Source: Antedon mediterranea (lineage: Eukaryota > Animalia > Echinodermata). From it: a DNA stretch of 64,000 bases. Every line of letters begins with the position of its first letter. Positions within the stretch are counted from its first letter, which is position 1. The stretch spans positions 32,990,437 to 33,054,436 of the forward strand of contig NC_092672.1 in the NCBI RefSeq assembly GCF_964355755.1, read 5' to 3'. Under the pieces are notes generated by a model. It was not told the DNA's origin. It did no database searches and saw nothing but the letters and a program-made list of their open reading frames with translations. Positions 1 to 12,202 of this stretch are shown one piece after another. The translations under genes were made by a program, and so were the position numbers.

Positions 1-2169
1 TTTTCCCGACATAGGCCTACTAACATATTTATCGTCAATCTAGTAAAGCTTTTTGTTGACCAATCACAAGCGATGGATTATCCGAACAGGAGCTTGTGAT
101 TTCAATGGCGGAACAATATCCAGAGCGTTTTCAGACAGAACATTTTTCCAAATTTTCCTGGAGAGAATCTCATTCTTCATATACAGTAATTAATTCATGT
201 GATTTATTTGTACACCATGCCCTCAACTGGGTCGGATTGGAATATCATTGGACAGACGATTTTAAAGATTAAAATAGACATGCTTTGTACAACGATGTAG
301 GTATAGTTTTAACGAGACAACCCGGTACTGAATAAACTGTTAATACATTCTGCGCACACTTAGACAATTATGAGCGTGCGCAGAATAACTAACGAGGACT
401 CCTAATAATGTATACTCGGACTAACACAAGAAAGTGGTAACACAATTACATTCAAGTATTCCTTGCGTTGGGATATCTCGAAGGTAGTATGTAGAGGGCA
501 GTAGACACAAATTTAAACCAACAATAGAGGGCAGTAGATAACAATAACTAGATTGCTTTTAACCAAATGATGAGGGGATGGGGGAAGGAACCCAACTCTG
601 TGCACTCTCTACTTATTACCACTTTCTTGGCATCTTGAATATGATAACAACTATAATTAGGCCTACGTACACTATTTAAAAAACTTAAAAAATAAATTCT
701 TGTGCAGTTCCATCCAAAATTTACAATCAAGAAAGTACATATCTTATTATTAGACTACCTTAAAAAAAAGTTGCACATTGGAGTAAATATAACACTGAAA
801 AATAAGTAATTTTGGTTATCATCTCATTGGCATACTTGCGGAATACAAATTACTTCTTTATAGTGCATTTAAGATGTTGAGAACATTACATTTTTTTACC
901 AACAAATAGTTTAACGTCATCACTGACTCTGGCCACTGGGTGGCGCCCTCTAGTTTCAAAGGCATATAAACGCCATTATTATACCACTCTCATTTTTATA
1001 CAACTATTTGTTTAAAACTTAAAAAAATCTTAGATCTTATTAACCGGTTATTACACACAACTAGTACAAATCTTAACAATTAATGTATTGAATACGATAA
1101 AAGATTTGTTTAACATTTAACTTAATATAAACAGAGTGTACGCTCAAAGCGATATACTAGTTGCACACAAAGGCTGTCTAAAAAGAGCCATAAAGTTTAA
1201 CTTTGTACAAAACACCTTCCCACTACTTTTAATTGCAGTATTACACGATATTATTCAACTTAACGTCACCCAAATGTACAAGACAGGGCTCTTTTAAAAT
1301 AAAACGCAATTATTACAAACTTATATTATACTCCCCAAACCACCTTTTCCACCCCTTCCTCTGCCCAGCGCCCTCCCCAAAACAAATGAATACAAAAATA
1401 ACACTATTAATAAATAATTAAAAGAAACACCCGGCCAAAAAAAAAGGACGCTTCATTGCTCATCCATTTTACCATGTCATCGTTTTTTTCTTTGGAATCA
1501 TTTTGTGTTTCCATTTACAAAATCGGATATCGCCATCTATTTGACTAAAACTATGACCTTCTGACAAGGCACAGCCGAATAATTAAGTTCGTATTCATTT
1601 TTCGCAAGCACGCCCCATACGAAGCTACATTCTATATTTTACATTAATTACATATTAGCAACTTTTGAAATCTTATTAAAGTTAGCTAAAATACCGTACA
1701 CTAATTAATTTTAAAGTTAATCTGGCAAAAGTTATCAAACACTTATTTTTGATAAACTAATATGTGGCCATGAAGCAAGCTTCCACGCGCGCACGCACGC
1801 GTGTCTAACGCTTTTGTCTCAAACGTTAATCAAAGCATTTATTAAATCATTTCTTTACATTGTAAAGCTCGATTCCAACTTATGCGCAACGCAAGGACGT
1901 AACAACCGCATCGCAAATAATTTGACCAATCACGACGCGATGGAGTATCAGAACTGTCGCTTGTTGTGATTGGTCAACTCATTTGCGTTGTGCGTACGTC
2001 GTTGCGTTATGTCAATGTTGAAAACAACCATTCACAACAAATACATTACACTGGTCTGATAATGGCTAATTATACAACAGAAGCAGATAGACCATATCAA
2101 CATTATCAATCCAATACTCGCAGTATTATACAATAGCTTTAATCAAATAAAGAAATAAAAACAAATAAT

Positions 2170-2337
2170 TTCAATACGGAAAAATATTAATTTCTTTTTT
2201 AACCCGCCGCCTTGTTTCAATCTTTACCCACGGGTTCAATAAAATAGCTTTTATATCAATTCAATAAAGTAATAGAAAGAAATATCGTAACAAATTTCAT
2301 TATGAAAAATATTAATTTCTTATTTATCCCGCCGCCG
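2170..2337. repeat. Two diverged direct repeats (~135 bp apart)
   Basis: AAAATATTAATTTCTT...CCCGCCGCC at ~2181-2211 and ~2306-2336. Confidence 0.5.
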
Positions 2338-3459
2338 TGTACATATAAAATAAACCCACCATGATATAAAATCTATAAATTAGCATTCGGAATTACGGTT
2401 AAAAGATTTAGAAAAAAAAAACAACTCTTTGATGGCCATTTTGGAACTAAAATTTCTGTTTCAGAGTAGGCCTAAGTACTGCAAAATATATTTTTTTTGT
2501 AAAAGGCACTTGTCCAGTCTTTTCGCGTACAATCAACATCATGTTACCACGATCTAATACTCGAAATAACTAAGAATAACTCGGTGAATTGGTATAAAAA
2601 AAATACCAACAATCGCGATGTATATTGTGCATTTATTGCACAAAGCATAAACCCTATGCGGCGGACTGTTGGATTTAATTCGGACCATAGATATACTACA
2701 GTGGAACTGTACTTGAGAGTCAACTGGGCTGAGCGAAATCAGCCCATTTATTATCTATTATTTTTAGAAAATGTTAACTGTTTTTTGTTTTTATTTGAGA
2801 AATAAAAATTATTGATTGATTGATTGATTGAAATGGCCACCGTATATCAGTTAAAACATTATTTTATAAAATTGATAACTCTGATAAAACTATTAAGAAA
2901 CACAGAGACATAAACATATATTAAAAAAATATTTTTGTTGTATAAAATGAAATCTATGTTTATGGCTTAAGAGATTAATTTCTTGGCAAGTCTTTAACAT
3001 AAACGAGAGAACGTTCAGTACGCTATACATAGTACGTCGTAGTAGTGGTGTATGGGGAGGCGCGACTCAAAACTGGCGTACGATACAGTATGTTTGACCA
3101 ATTGGTACAGTTATTTTTTATGGTTCCCCACTCTCCGTAGTGAGACGCTTTTTGAGCGGTAAAGTTGACTCTCTAGCTTTAATTGTATAGCCTCTTTGTG
3201 TAGCATGTACTTGACAACCATTTTTCTTAAGTAACTAAAAAAAATGTTCTTTAGACTAGAGAGTACATTATAAATTTGAGAGATTGTTTAAAAAAAGATT
3301 TAGCAATTTAAAAAATTTTGCAATTTGAGAGATTTTTAGTATGGAAATATTGGTTAGACATATTCTAGACTGTTCTTTGGTAATTGTGCTTTTTCTAGCA
3401 GTTCCTATTGCTGTAGTCGTTAAATATAAATAAATAAGTTATCAATCATTGTTTTTATC

Positions 3460-3990
3460 ATCAGATGGTTGCCGTTCACCAGTAGTTGGTGGTGGTGTTG
3501 ATTGTTGCTCCCACAAAATGGTTGCTGCTCTCACCAGATGGTTGTTGTTGGTTGTTGCTCTCACCAATGGTTGTTATTGGTTGCTGCTCTCACCAGCTGG
3601 TTGTTAATTGTTGTTGCTCTCCCCAGATGGTTGTTATTGGTTGTTGCTCTCACCAGATGGTTGTTATTGGTTGCTGTTCTCACCAGATGGTTGTTATTGG
3701 TTGTTGCTCTCACCAGATGGTTGTTATTGGTTGTTGCTGCTCTCACCAGATGGTTGTTATTGGTTGTTGCTCTCACTAGATGGTTGTTATTGGTTGTTGC
3801 TCTCACCCGATGGTTGTTATTGGTTGTTGCTCTCACTAGATGGTTGTTATTGGTTGTTGCTCTCACCCGATGGTTGTTATTGGTTGTTGCTCTCACCAGA
3901 TGGTTGTTGTTGTTGGTTGCTGCTTCCACTAGACGGTTGTTGTTGGTTGCTGTTCTCACCAGATGGTTGTTGCTCTCACCAGATGGTGAT
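3460..3990. repeat. 30-bp minisatellite, ~17 copies
   Basis: Unit CTCTCACCAGATGGTTGTTATTGGTTGTTG with degenerate edge copies; explains the overlapping repetitive ORFs. Confidence 0.95.
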
Positions 3991-4781
3991 TGTTCAGATT
4001 AAGATTAAATAAAAGAGTTTTCAAAACGTTGCTTGGCAGACCTCAACAGGTACACAATTCCCAAGGAATAATATATTATTAGTTTTTATAATTTATAATG
4101 AAAATATTTTATAAATAAAAAAAGGATGACAATTTTATGTTATTGAAACATTAATTACAAAAGTAAAAATAAAACAACAAAAAACACAACACATTAAATA
4201 AACAAGAAAGTTTAGAGTTACAGGTAAAAATGGTAATACCAAATGTTCTCCATAACTATTTTTAGAGAATCTTGTAAAAACAAAATTCTTAATATAATTT
4301 AAAAAAAATTCAAGTATCTCTAATGTATTTATAGTGCTAATAGGATACACTACATGGCCCTTCTGTAACCATCCCTAATTTTTTAGTAGAGGCATAAAAA
4401 CAATATTTTGAACCCTGTAACGCAAGAATTTTGAGAAATTGCATTTCAATTGTTTAGTAAATTATGGTATAGTCATCACTTTCAAATGAATAGAATACAA
4501 AACTTAAATTGGTTACTCAAGAGTTTCACCATCATGTCAGGAAAACAAGAAAAAACTCATATTTACTTAACAATTATAGGTTGAATGCTTAAATTTACAA
4601 ACTTTCGACTCTCTAAAAACTATTTAATGTTAAACATTTGCTAGTATCCACTGTATGATGAAATACATTTTGAATGAAATCCCTTCAAAACTAAAAGGAC
4701 ATATAAAAATAAAATTTCCAATTCCAACTTGTAATGCTAATCACGTTTGACTCTTTAACAAAGACATGGTATTGCTCATTT

Positions 4782-7700
4782 TTAATGGTGATGAAATAAA
4801 TTTTTGTTGGGATCTATTCCTAGACTTTCCGTTGTTCCTGGCATCCCATCATGGTGCATCCCTGTCAGCATCTGCATTCCAGTTGAAAAAGGAACTTTCA
4901 TGTGGTGAGATCTAGTGCCAGGTTCCATCCTAGGCATGACAACATTTGGCTTCAGCATGCCTTTCTCTAGATGATGCAGATGCGACAGAGTCGACGATGC
5001 AGACATGTTGATGCCCCGTGACAGTAACTCCTGTTGTCTTGCGGTTAGGTAGTGCTCTTGACGATGAACCAGGGAACTTTGTGGAAGGAGCTCTTCCCGT
5101 TGAACACGGTTCATCAACTCCTGCCGTTCTCGGCTAATCATTTCTTGTCTTTCTCTGGTCAGCATTTCCTGGTGTTCGATGTTTAAGATCTCTTGTCTGT
5201 GCTGTGACATCAGTAGCTCCTCTTGTCTGTTCTTCATTTGAATAATTTCTTCTCTTTGCTGCAACTCCTCTTGTTTGTCCGATCCTCTAACTTGTGAAGA
5301 GGAGTGGTTTGAAAACTTCTTGTGTTCTTGATTGTTAGAAGAATTACTACTTTCAGATACACTCTCTTTACTGGTTCCATTTCCAGTGAACTTCTGCGTC
5401 TCAAGACTTGCGGAACTTTGGGGATGTTTAGACTCCATGTGCTTTATAAGGTACAATTCTTGCGCGTAAGCCTTACCGCAGACACCGCATGATAATTTTC
5501 TCTCACGTCTGGTATGAGCGTGACAGGATGCGTGGTGTTGCAACGATTGCGCATCATCAAACGCACGATAACAGTCTCTACATTTATAAGGTTTGTCTTT
5601 CGTGTGCTTACGGGTGTGTGATTGAAGATTCGCAAGCTGTGTGAAGGCTTTGTCGCAATCTGGGTACGTGCAGCGATACGGACGGTCTCCTGTGTGGATG
5701 CGTGTATGTTGCTGAAGGTGGGACAATTGTTTGAATGATTTCTCGCAGAACTCGCATTTATACGGTTTCTCACCGGTATGAATGCGAGTGTGTTGACTCA
5801 AGTACGAAGTGCTTGCAAAGGTTTTACCGCAGTCTTGACATTTGTGCGGCTTTCCTTCTTTGTGTGATCGCGTGTGAAGGTTAACATCAGACCGAGTATA
5901 AAATATTTGTGGACACAACTTACATTTATATTCTTTTGGAGTGTTTGAATCTGCTCGCACGGGTGAACGGTCTCGTGTGTTTGGGATAGAGACTTCTTTA
6001 GCACTATCTGGTGGTGAATTAGGTTCTTTACTCGACTTCATTCCAAATGATGAGCGAGTCACTGCCGCGTCACTTAGGCTGTTTGCTCCTCCACGTAGTG
6101 CTGGACATTCCTGCAACTCGTGACTTAGTCGGGACACAGCTGTGCTGAAATATGCTCTGCAGTGGTGACACTGATACACTGAAAGAAAAACATTCGTAAA
6201 ATATAATAAATCTATTAATAATTTATATTTCATCTTATTTATGCTTACTATTGTCTTAGCACCTTAAATACCTATATCTTTATTGTTTTAATTTTATAAT
6301 TCTTTGCTGTTGTTTGTCATTCTCTTTAAATATGGTGAAATAAAAATAAATAAATAAATAATACTAAAAAATATATTTAAAAGTCTTAATAGAACACCCT
6401 GATGAAAAGGTCAGGGTACAACTTGTCATTTCAGCTGATCATTTTTGGTTCCACAGCATCAATTATAATATAAGAATATTACTATTTGAAAAATATACTA
6501 TACATTTTTGCATACAGAATTTTTTTGCGATTTATCATTCATTATATCGTTTCCGCATGTTGATAATTTCACAGATGCCATTTTAGAATAAATTTTAGCT
6601 TAAGCCTGTATAACATACCCTAAATTAACCCCTTTTTGTATTACAAAGGTGAAATAGACGGCAGGTTTATACTGTAGATATCTTTAATTAATACAGTACC
6701 TATAGGCCTACCTACCAGACACGGTCTATGTAGGCTTCATGTCACCCGCATTTATAGCAGTAGTCCTAATGTACTATCTAGTATTAATGTTAATATACTG
6801 TATCGATATATTTTTTCCCTCTGCGAAACTGACACAAGAGGCATCGTCAATTACTGCGGTACTTGCCGGGAGTGAGACGATATGTGTGCATGTTTAAGGG
6901 TTTTCCCCCTTTCTATCAGAGGCTGTTTGTAAATGTTGATTTGAGTTGAAATTGTCATGGTACGGTTCTCAATCGCGGACTTTGCGAAATTTAAACTGCC
7001 GAGAAAAAAACGGCACAGTATTAAGTCAGCAAGCTTCTGAATGTCGTTTATTTAAAAAAAGACTTATGTACAGACAGAGGCCCAGAAAGTGTAATACTTC
7101 TTTTAAAAATACTGAAGAAACACATCTCGCCTTTCCCGAGGGAACATGAATTTATAAAAAAAAAAAAACACATTACACACAGACAGACTGACCTTCCACC
7201 AGACCAACAAAAAAAAATGGAAGTACAGTAATAATCTATAACATTGATCATAATATAATGTTTACTATTTAGAATATGAAACGCTGCTAGCAAATTATAC
7301 TACAAACAAGGCAAGAATTTGTATACAATAATTAGTCTAGCTGAGCACAGAACATCATATCATTATATGCAAAGTACTAACTACTGTACCATGCTTCGTG
7401 GCTAGACACAATCAACATTAATACGAATAAAAATTACGATAATGAGCATGTTATAAAAACACCCGTACCTGGCAATACAGGTAAAGAGAAAATTTTAATG
7501 ATTTTTCAAGCCAATCTATTGTGTGCTATGTTTACAGCTAGTAGAATTCTCTAGGGCAGAAAACATGGTTACGACGAGATATGCATATTTTATTTAATAT
7601 GTATTCAATGTCTAGACTGTCCTCTCTCCTCCTCGCTTTTGTTCATCTCTTATCAATCAACTTTAGATTACCGGTATTGATAACACTAATTGCAATATAG

Positions 7701-10063
7701 CTTAAAATTATTACAAAAAAAATGATGGAATTTCTTGGTCCAATGTCATTTTGTCTAGACGTCCTCGAGAGAATTGAATGTTGTAGTTTAACACATTCAT
7801 CATGCATAAACTCCTACCTAGCATGAATCTGGCATTTTCATGTTGTACAATGTTCAGACACATTCATTTTCATAATATGTTTGCTTTGCATACGAAATAT
7901 AAAAATTAATAAAATCTCAGAATTTTACTTCAACATCTCTAGACAGAAATGTTATCATAATTAATATTTTAGAATGTAATGTAATGTCAATATAATAATA
8001 ATTATTATTAATTATTAATATTAATTATTAATTATTAATATTTGTTAATGAACACATGTCCTTCTGGTAGAATAATCCTTCTCGGCAGGAATAAGCTGTC
8101 TACATTGTTAAACTTTATGTGACGAAAATGTTATGGGCCCAAATATGGACATGATGACATCATATCACTACCATATTTGGGCATATCACTATCTTATTTG
8201 GGCACACATTTTTTTGTGTCTTTTTTTAGTTTGATAGTGTAGACAGAGCTTTACACTATGGTAAACCACAGAAAAAATGTCCACCATCGAGAGTTATACA
8301 CAATTCTCCCAATGAACATTAAACTGCAAGAATATCCTACTATCCACCTAGTTTGTCTATAAATATATATATTTTTTTTTTAAATAATAAAAGGCAAATA
8401 ATAAAAATTATAACCAGTGGATGTTAAAAAGATATTTATGGAGCCATAATTTTAGAATATCATATCATGTACCAGCAATCGTAAGCGTACAGTATGTAAC
8501 TCTAAATGCAGCCGGAAGTTATACTGTATATAGTGTGGTGTCTGTTTTTGAAAATTTGTATTGGAAAAAAAAACTACTGTGAAAAGGTGAAAAGTAATTA
8601 AAGAATGATTTTGTGTACTGAGTCTGCAGTATCAAGGCAAATTCTTTAATACAGTGTTACACGTAGCACATGTATTATTAGGTTTAGCTTATGGCATGAT
8701 ACAGTTGTCACATGTTATATATGTGACACAAGGGAAGAGTAAATTCTCTGGTGACGTACTGTATTACAGAATTTGCTTTATAATACTGGACAAATTTTAG
8801 CAATATGAGTATAGAGAATCAAACTTTTCATTTCTAATTTTTAATTGATCTTTAAATACTTGTGTATGACACTTCTTTTCACTTACTTTCTTTAGGGTCA
8901 CCTTCCGTGGTTGAACTTTGACCGAGTGAGTGATGGTGATGATTGGACGGTGGGTCAAATTGATCAATGGCAATGCAACTGCTAATCTCATGTGAAAGGC
9001 GTGCAACAGCGGTCTGGAACGGTGCTTTACATTTCCGGCATTCATACTCTGAAATAGGAAGGAATTCATTTTTGCTGATACCCCTTCCTTAAAGGATAGC
9101 TCCAGTTTAAAAATTGTTGTTTGTTATTAATATTATAGAAAAACAAATTTATATTGTAGGTTATATTTTCAAACTCTGAAAGAAGAAAATATAAAAAGTA
9201 CAAATCTTTCACCAAATAAATTATTTGTACCATATAGACATTCATACTGCATACAGTAAAACATTATTATTTGTTTTAACACACCTACATTTAATGTGAG
9301 GCTAGGTCAAGGCCTAAATCATTTGAAAGGGCTGAACAATTCTTGATGGCACACACTATGGGTAGATCAAATGTCAACAACAGCTTAGCCCCTTTCTCAC
9401 TTTATACACTGTATATATATAATGACATTGCACTCTTGATGATGTCATTAATAGTGCAATAGAACATGAGATGACCCACATGCATTCCTCTAAATCAAAA
9501 GACCAACAATTATTTTAAGTGTGTTTAAATATAAAAACCTTTAAAACAATTCACATAATAAAAAACAACTAAAAGAACTATATATTTAAAGGTGTATTGT
9601 CCCCAAAAAACATGAAAAATGAAGATTAATTAAATCAGACTTTGATTAGGTTAATTAATGTAGTAATACAAGTTTTAATCAATTTAATCACTTTCGTACA
9701 AAATTGTATAATTACTATATATAAAATGACAAAATAAATCGACTATTTTTTGTTTTTTTGTTTACATTTTTTTCAATCCAATTTTTTGGTCAAAGTGGAT
9801 ATTCTATTAAATGACATTAAAATGAAATATTAAACAAAAAATCTTTAAAATTTGCAGGAGGACCATAACTATACATCTTTACTGTAAATGTTAGCTTTAT
9901 TATTAACCTAAAATGTTCATGTTTTAAATTATTATATTTACGACTTACTCATTTTGTCGTCTCCTTGTTCGATGGATGAATGCACGCTAGATCCCGATCC
10001 AAGGATGTCATGAGGTACTGGCCCACGATGACTATTGGGTATGTTTAGCATTGACTGAGCCAT
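4782..10063 (-). CDS. ZNF362: C2H2 zinc-finger transcription factor, ZNF362/ZNF384/rotund/lin-29 family (~503 aa)
   Basis: Coding exons 10063-9949 (MAQSML...DDKM, donor GTAAGT, phase 1) and 6178-4782 (acceptor TTTCTTTCAG). Fingers SYLSQHTRIHTGEKP, FKQLSHLQQHTRIHTGDRPY, CDKAFTQLANLQSH, KDKPYKC and YLIKHM match this family. The symbol is family-level only. Confidence 0.88.
8093..8252. mobile_element. Small MITE family A (AAGCTCTGTCTACACTATCAAAC termini, internal 21-bp CATATCACTACCATATTTGGG unit)
   Basis: Terminal inverted repeats; further copies or fragments at ~17310-17428, 23810-23960, 24380-24440, 36400-36470, 40387-40530, 41265-41393, 59830-60000. Confidence 0.8.
9590..9880. mobile_element. 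Small AT-rich MITE family (AGATGTATTGTCCCCAAAAA start), possibly Kolobok-like
   Basis: Related copies at ~28891-29163 and ~36962-37252; TTAA next to some ends. Confidence 0.6.
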
Positions 10064-10670
10064 TACTGTTGGACGTCAGATACAACCTGAATGAAATAAA
10101 TATAATCAAATCAATTTTGGCAAGGACAGCCTCCACACATTCACAACGTAGTTACTGCTATTATACCCCTTCAACAAGGTATAATGTAATCCCATTCTAC
10201 ATTCCCCTATGTTGAACACAACAATAATCCCCTACCACTAACATCCCTCATCCTCCCTTTCCCCTACGATGCCCAATTTCTCCGCTAGAACAAAAACGAT
10301 AGATATCAACATCATACTTAGTCTGGCTTTCAGACAGAGTTTTGACTTTACTATTAGTAAAAAGATAATATTTTGGCACAAATGGCGTTTCATACGTATA
10401 CTACTTGAGCTTGTAAACTTTCAAACAAAAATCAAAACGTCGACTGGTGTCTAAAAAAGACAATATTACAGACTTGGGGCAAGTCTACATCATACTGTAT
10501 GTTATCCAACATTCTCTGAATTCGGGAAGGTTAACATTTTTTTTATTCTGAATTAAAACATTCTAGAGAATCATTAATGGAGAAACAGCATGTCATTGTC
10601 AGCTACCTTGGAATTACAGTATATGAACAATTTTTTGCTGGTATTCGGCAGAGCAATGCCTAAGCCTTAA

Positions 10671-11264
10671 AGGCCAGGTGCGGGCAAAAAATTTCTATTG
10701 ATCATACATTCCAATAATTATCGATCTATAGTTTCCCCTATGTTTCATAATTTTTGGGATTTTATTTGTGTTACACGAGCTTGTTGAAAATAAGCACTTT
10801 CTTATCAGTGGGGGGATAGTTCAAATTACACAGTAAAATCTCTATTCTTTTGTACACAAATTTTGTAAATAGAGAGGCATTTTAAAAAGCTATGAAAAAT
10901 AAACAGTGTGGTAAAAAATGTTATCAGATGACTAAATATAGGTAATATAACATGAATATTACATTTCTGGTATTTTTATTCAACTTCAGATTTTTATTTT
11001 CATGCTATAGCAAAAATTATTCACTGTATATCCACCATCTTTTTTCACCTTCTGGGGAGTCACCAGACATTTTATTACATTAGGTTAACTACCTAACTAC
11101 TGAAAAAAAGTCTTTCTGGTTTTTATGAAAGAATTTTGCCAACTTTTGTATTTGACCATATTAAGGGAAATTCATGTTTTTTCGTCTTGATTTCTGTTAC
11201 AAATATTTGATTTATGTACAATTAACCAAATATTATATTTAAAATTCATGCCTGTACCTGAGCT
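10671..11264. mobile_element. Non-autonomous DNA transposon with TTAA TSD (Kolobok-like AG...CT ends)
   Basis: TTAA|AGGCCAGGTGCGGGCA ... TGCCTGTACCTGAGCT|TTAA imperfect TIRs. Confidence 0.65.
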
Positions 11265-11785
11265 TTAAGACTATCATTTATGTCAGTATGGTATCACATT
11301 TTTAGCTGGCGACACGGCTTCTTTGATGAATTTTCACTCTTTCAACAAGAGCAACTACGTTTTCTAAATTTGTCTAAGTCTATTGCCGCACTGGAATTTC
11401 TGAAGTTCAATGGCTGCAGAAATGTTCACTTAGTTTCACTTATAATAATAATATGAACTATGACCTATGATACCCAAGCAGCATGGCAGTCCCTTAATTA
11501 AATATTACAAGATATTGGGATGTTCACGGTGTAAAATGTTAAGTTTCAGACTAAGGTCGAATAGATCCATCCCTTAATTTCTACAAATCCCCACACAGTG
11601 TCATGTGATTTATTACGGCTCAGTACCGTGAAATTCAAATTCTCTTCAATTCCAGATCTTCTCCCAAATGGTAACAGGTTTTAAGCAATGTACTGTACTA
11701 AAGGCCAGTTTAAACCAAACAAGATGTTCCTCTAGAATAAAATAAAAGGGTCATTATGGAAATAGAATTTCAGAATTTCTTTATT

Positions 11786-12202
11786 TGGCTTGTTTTCCAC
11801 TAGGTGATTTTATTCATGCGAATCCAATACGTAGAAAATAAATTTCCGATACAGGTATTAATACCCTATTATTTCCTACTAGAGCGAATTGTTGCTATAA
11901 ATTTCAAATAAACTCAAAGTGAGTAGAATTTGTTGCAGAAAGTAGGATGACAAAAGAAGGAATTACGATACAAGAACATTGCAAATAATAATTGCACGCT
12001 AGGTGGAAAAAGGCTTAAATGGTCTTTCACACATGTTCCGGCACGGTTCCGGAGCGGTTAAATTAAAGCAAACGCCAATGTTTCATTTTCACTATGCTTC
12101 ACGCGGCAATCGATACGCGTACCCGAGTTAAAACGAAGAATTGACATTCAATTTGATTCACCAGCATTGGACCCTGTACCGGAAAAGGTAGAAAGACCTT
12201 AA
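11786..12202. mobile_element. Two adjacent old MITEs (Harbinger-like)
   Basis: GCTTGTTTTCCACTAG...CTAGGTGGAAAAAGGC and GGTCTTTCAC...GTAGAAAGACC imperfect TIR pairs. Confidence 0.5.

Noticed and set aside
3486-4012. Four overlapping repetitive ORFs / CRISPR-like appearance
   Set aside because: Pure 30-bp tandem repeat without unique spacers, in eukaryotic context
6179-6233. ORF-track N-terminus MKYKLLIDLL... of the zinc-finger protein
   Set aside because: Intronic read-through upstream of a clear acceptor; a better start exon lies at 10063-9949
6396-6418. CTGATGA as a hammerhead core (also ~19222)
   Set aside because: No stem II followed by GAAA; only a short local hairpin
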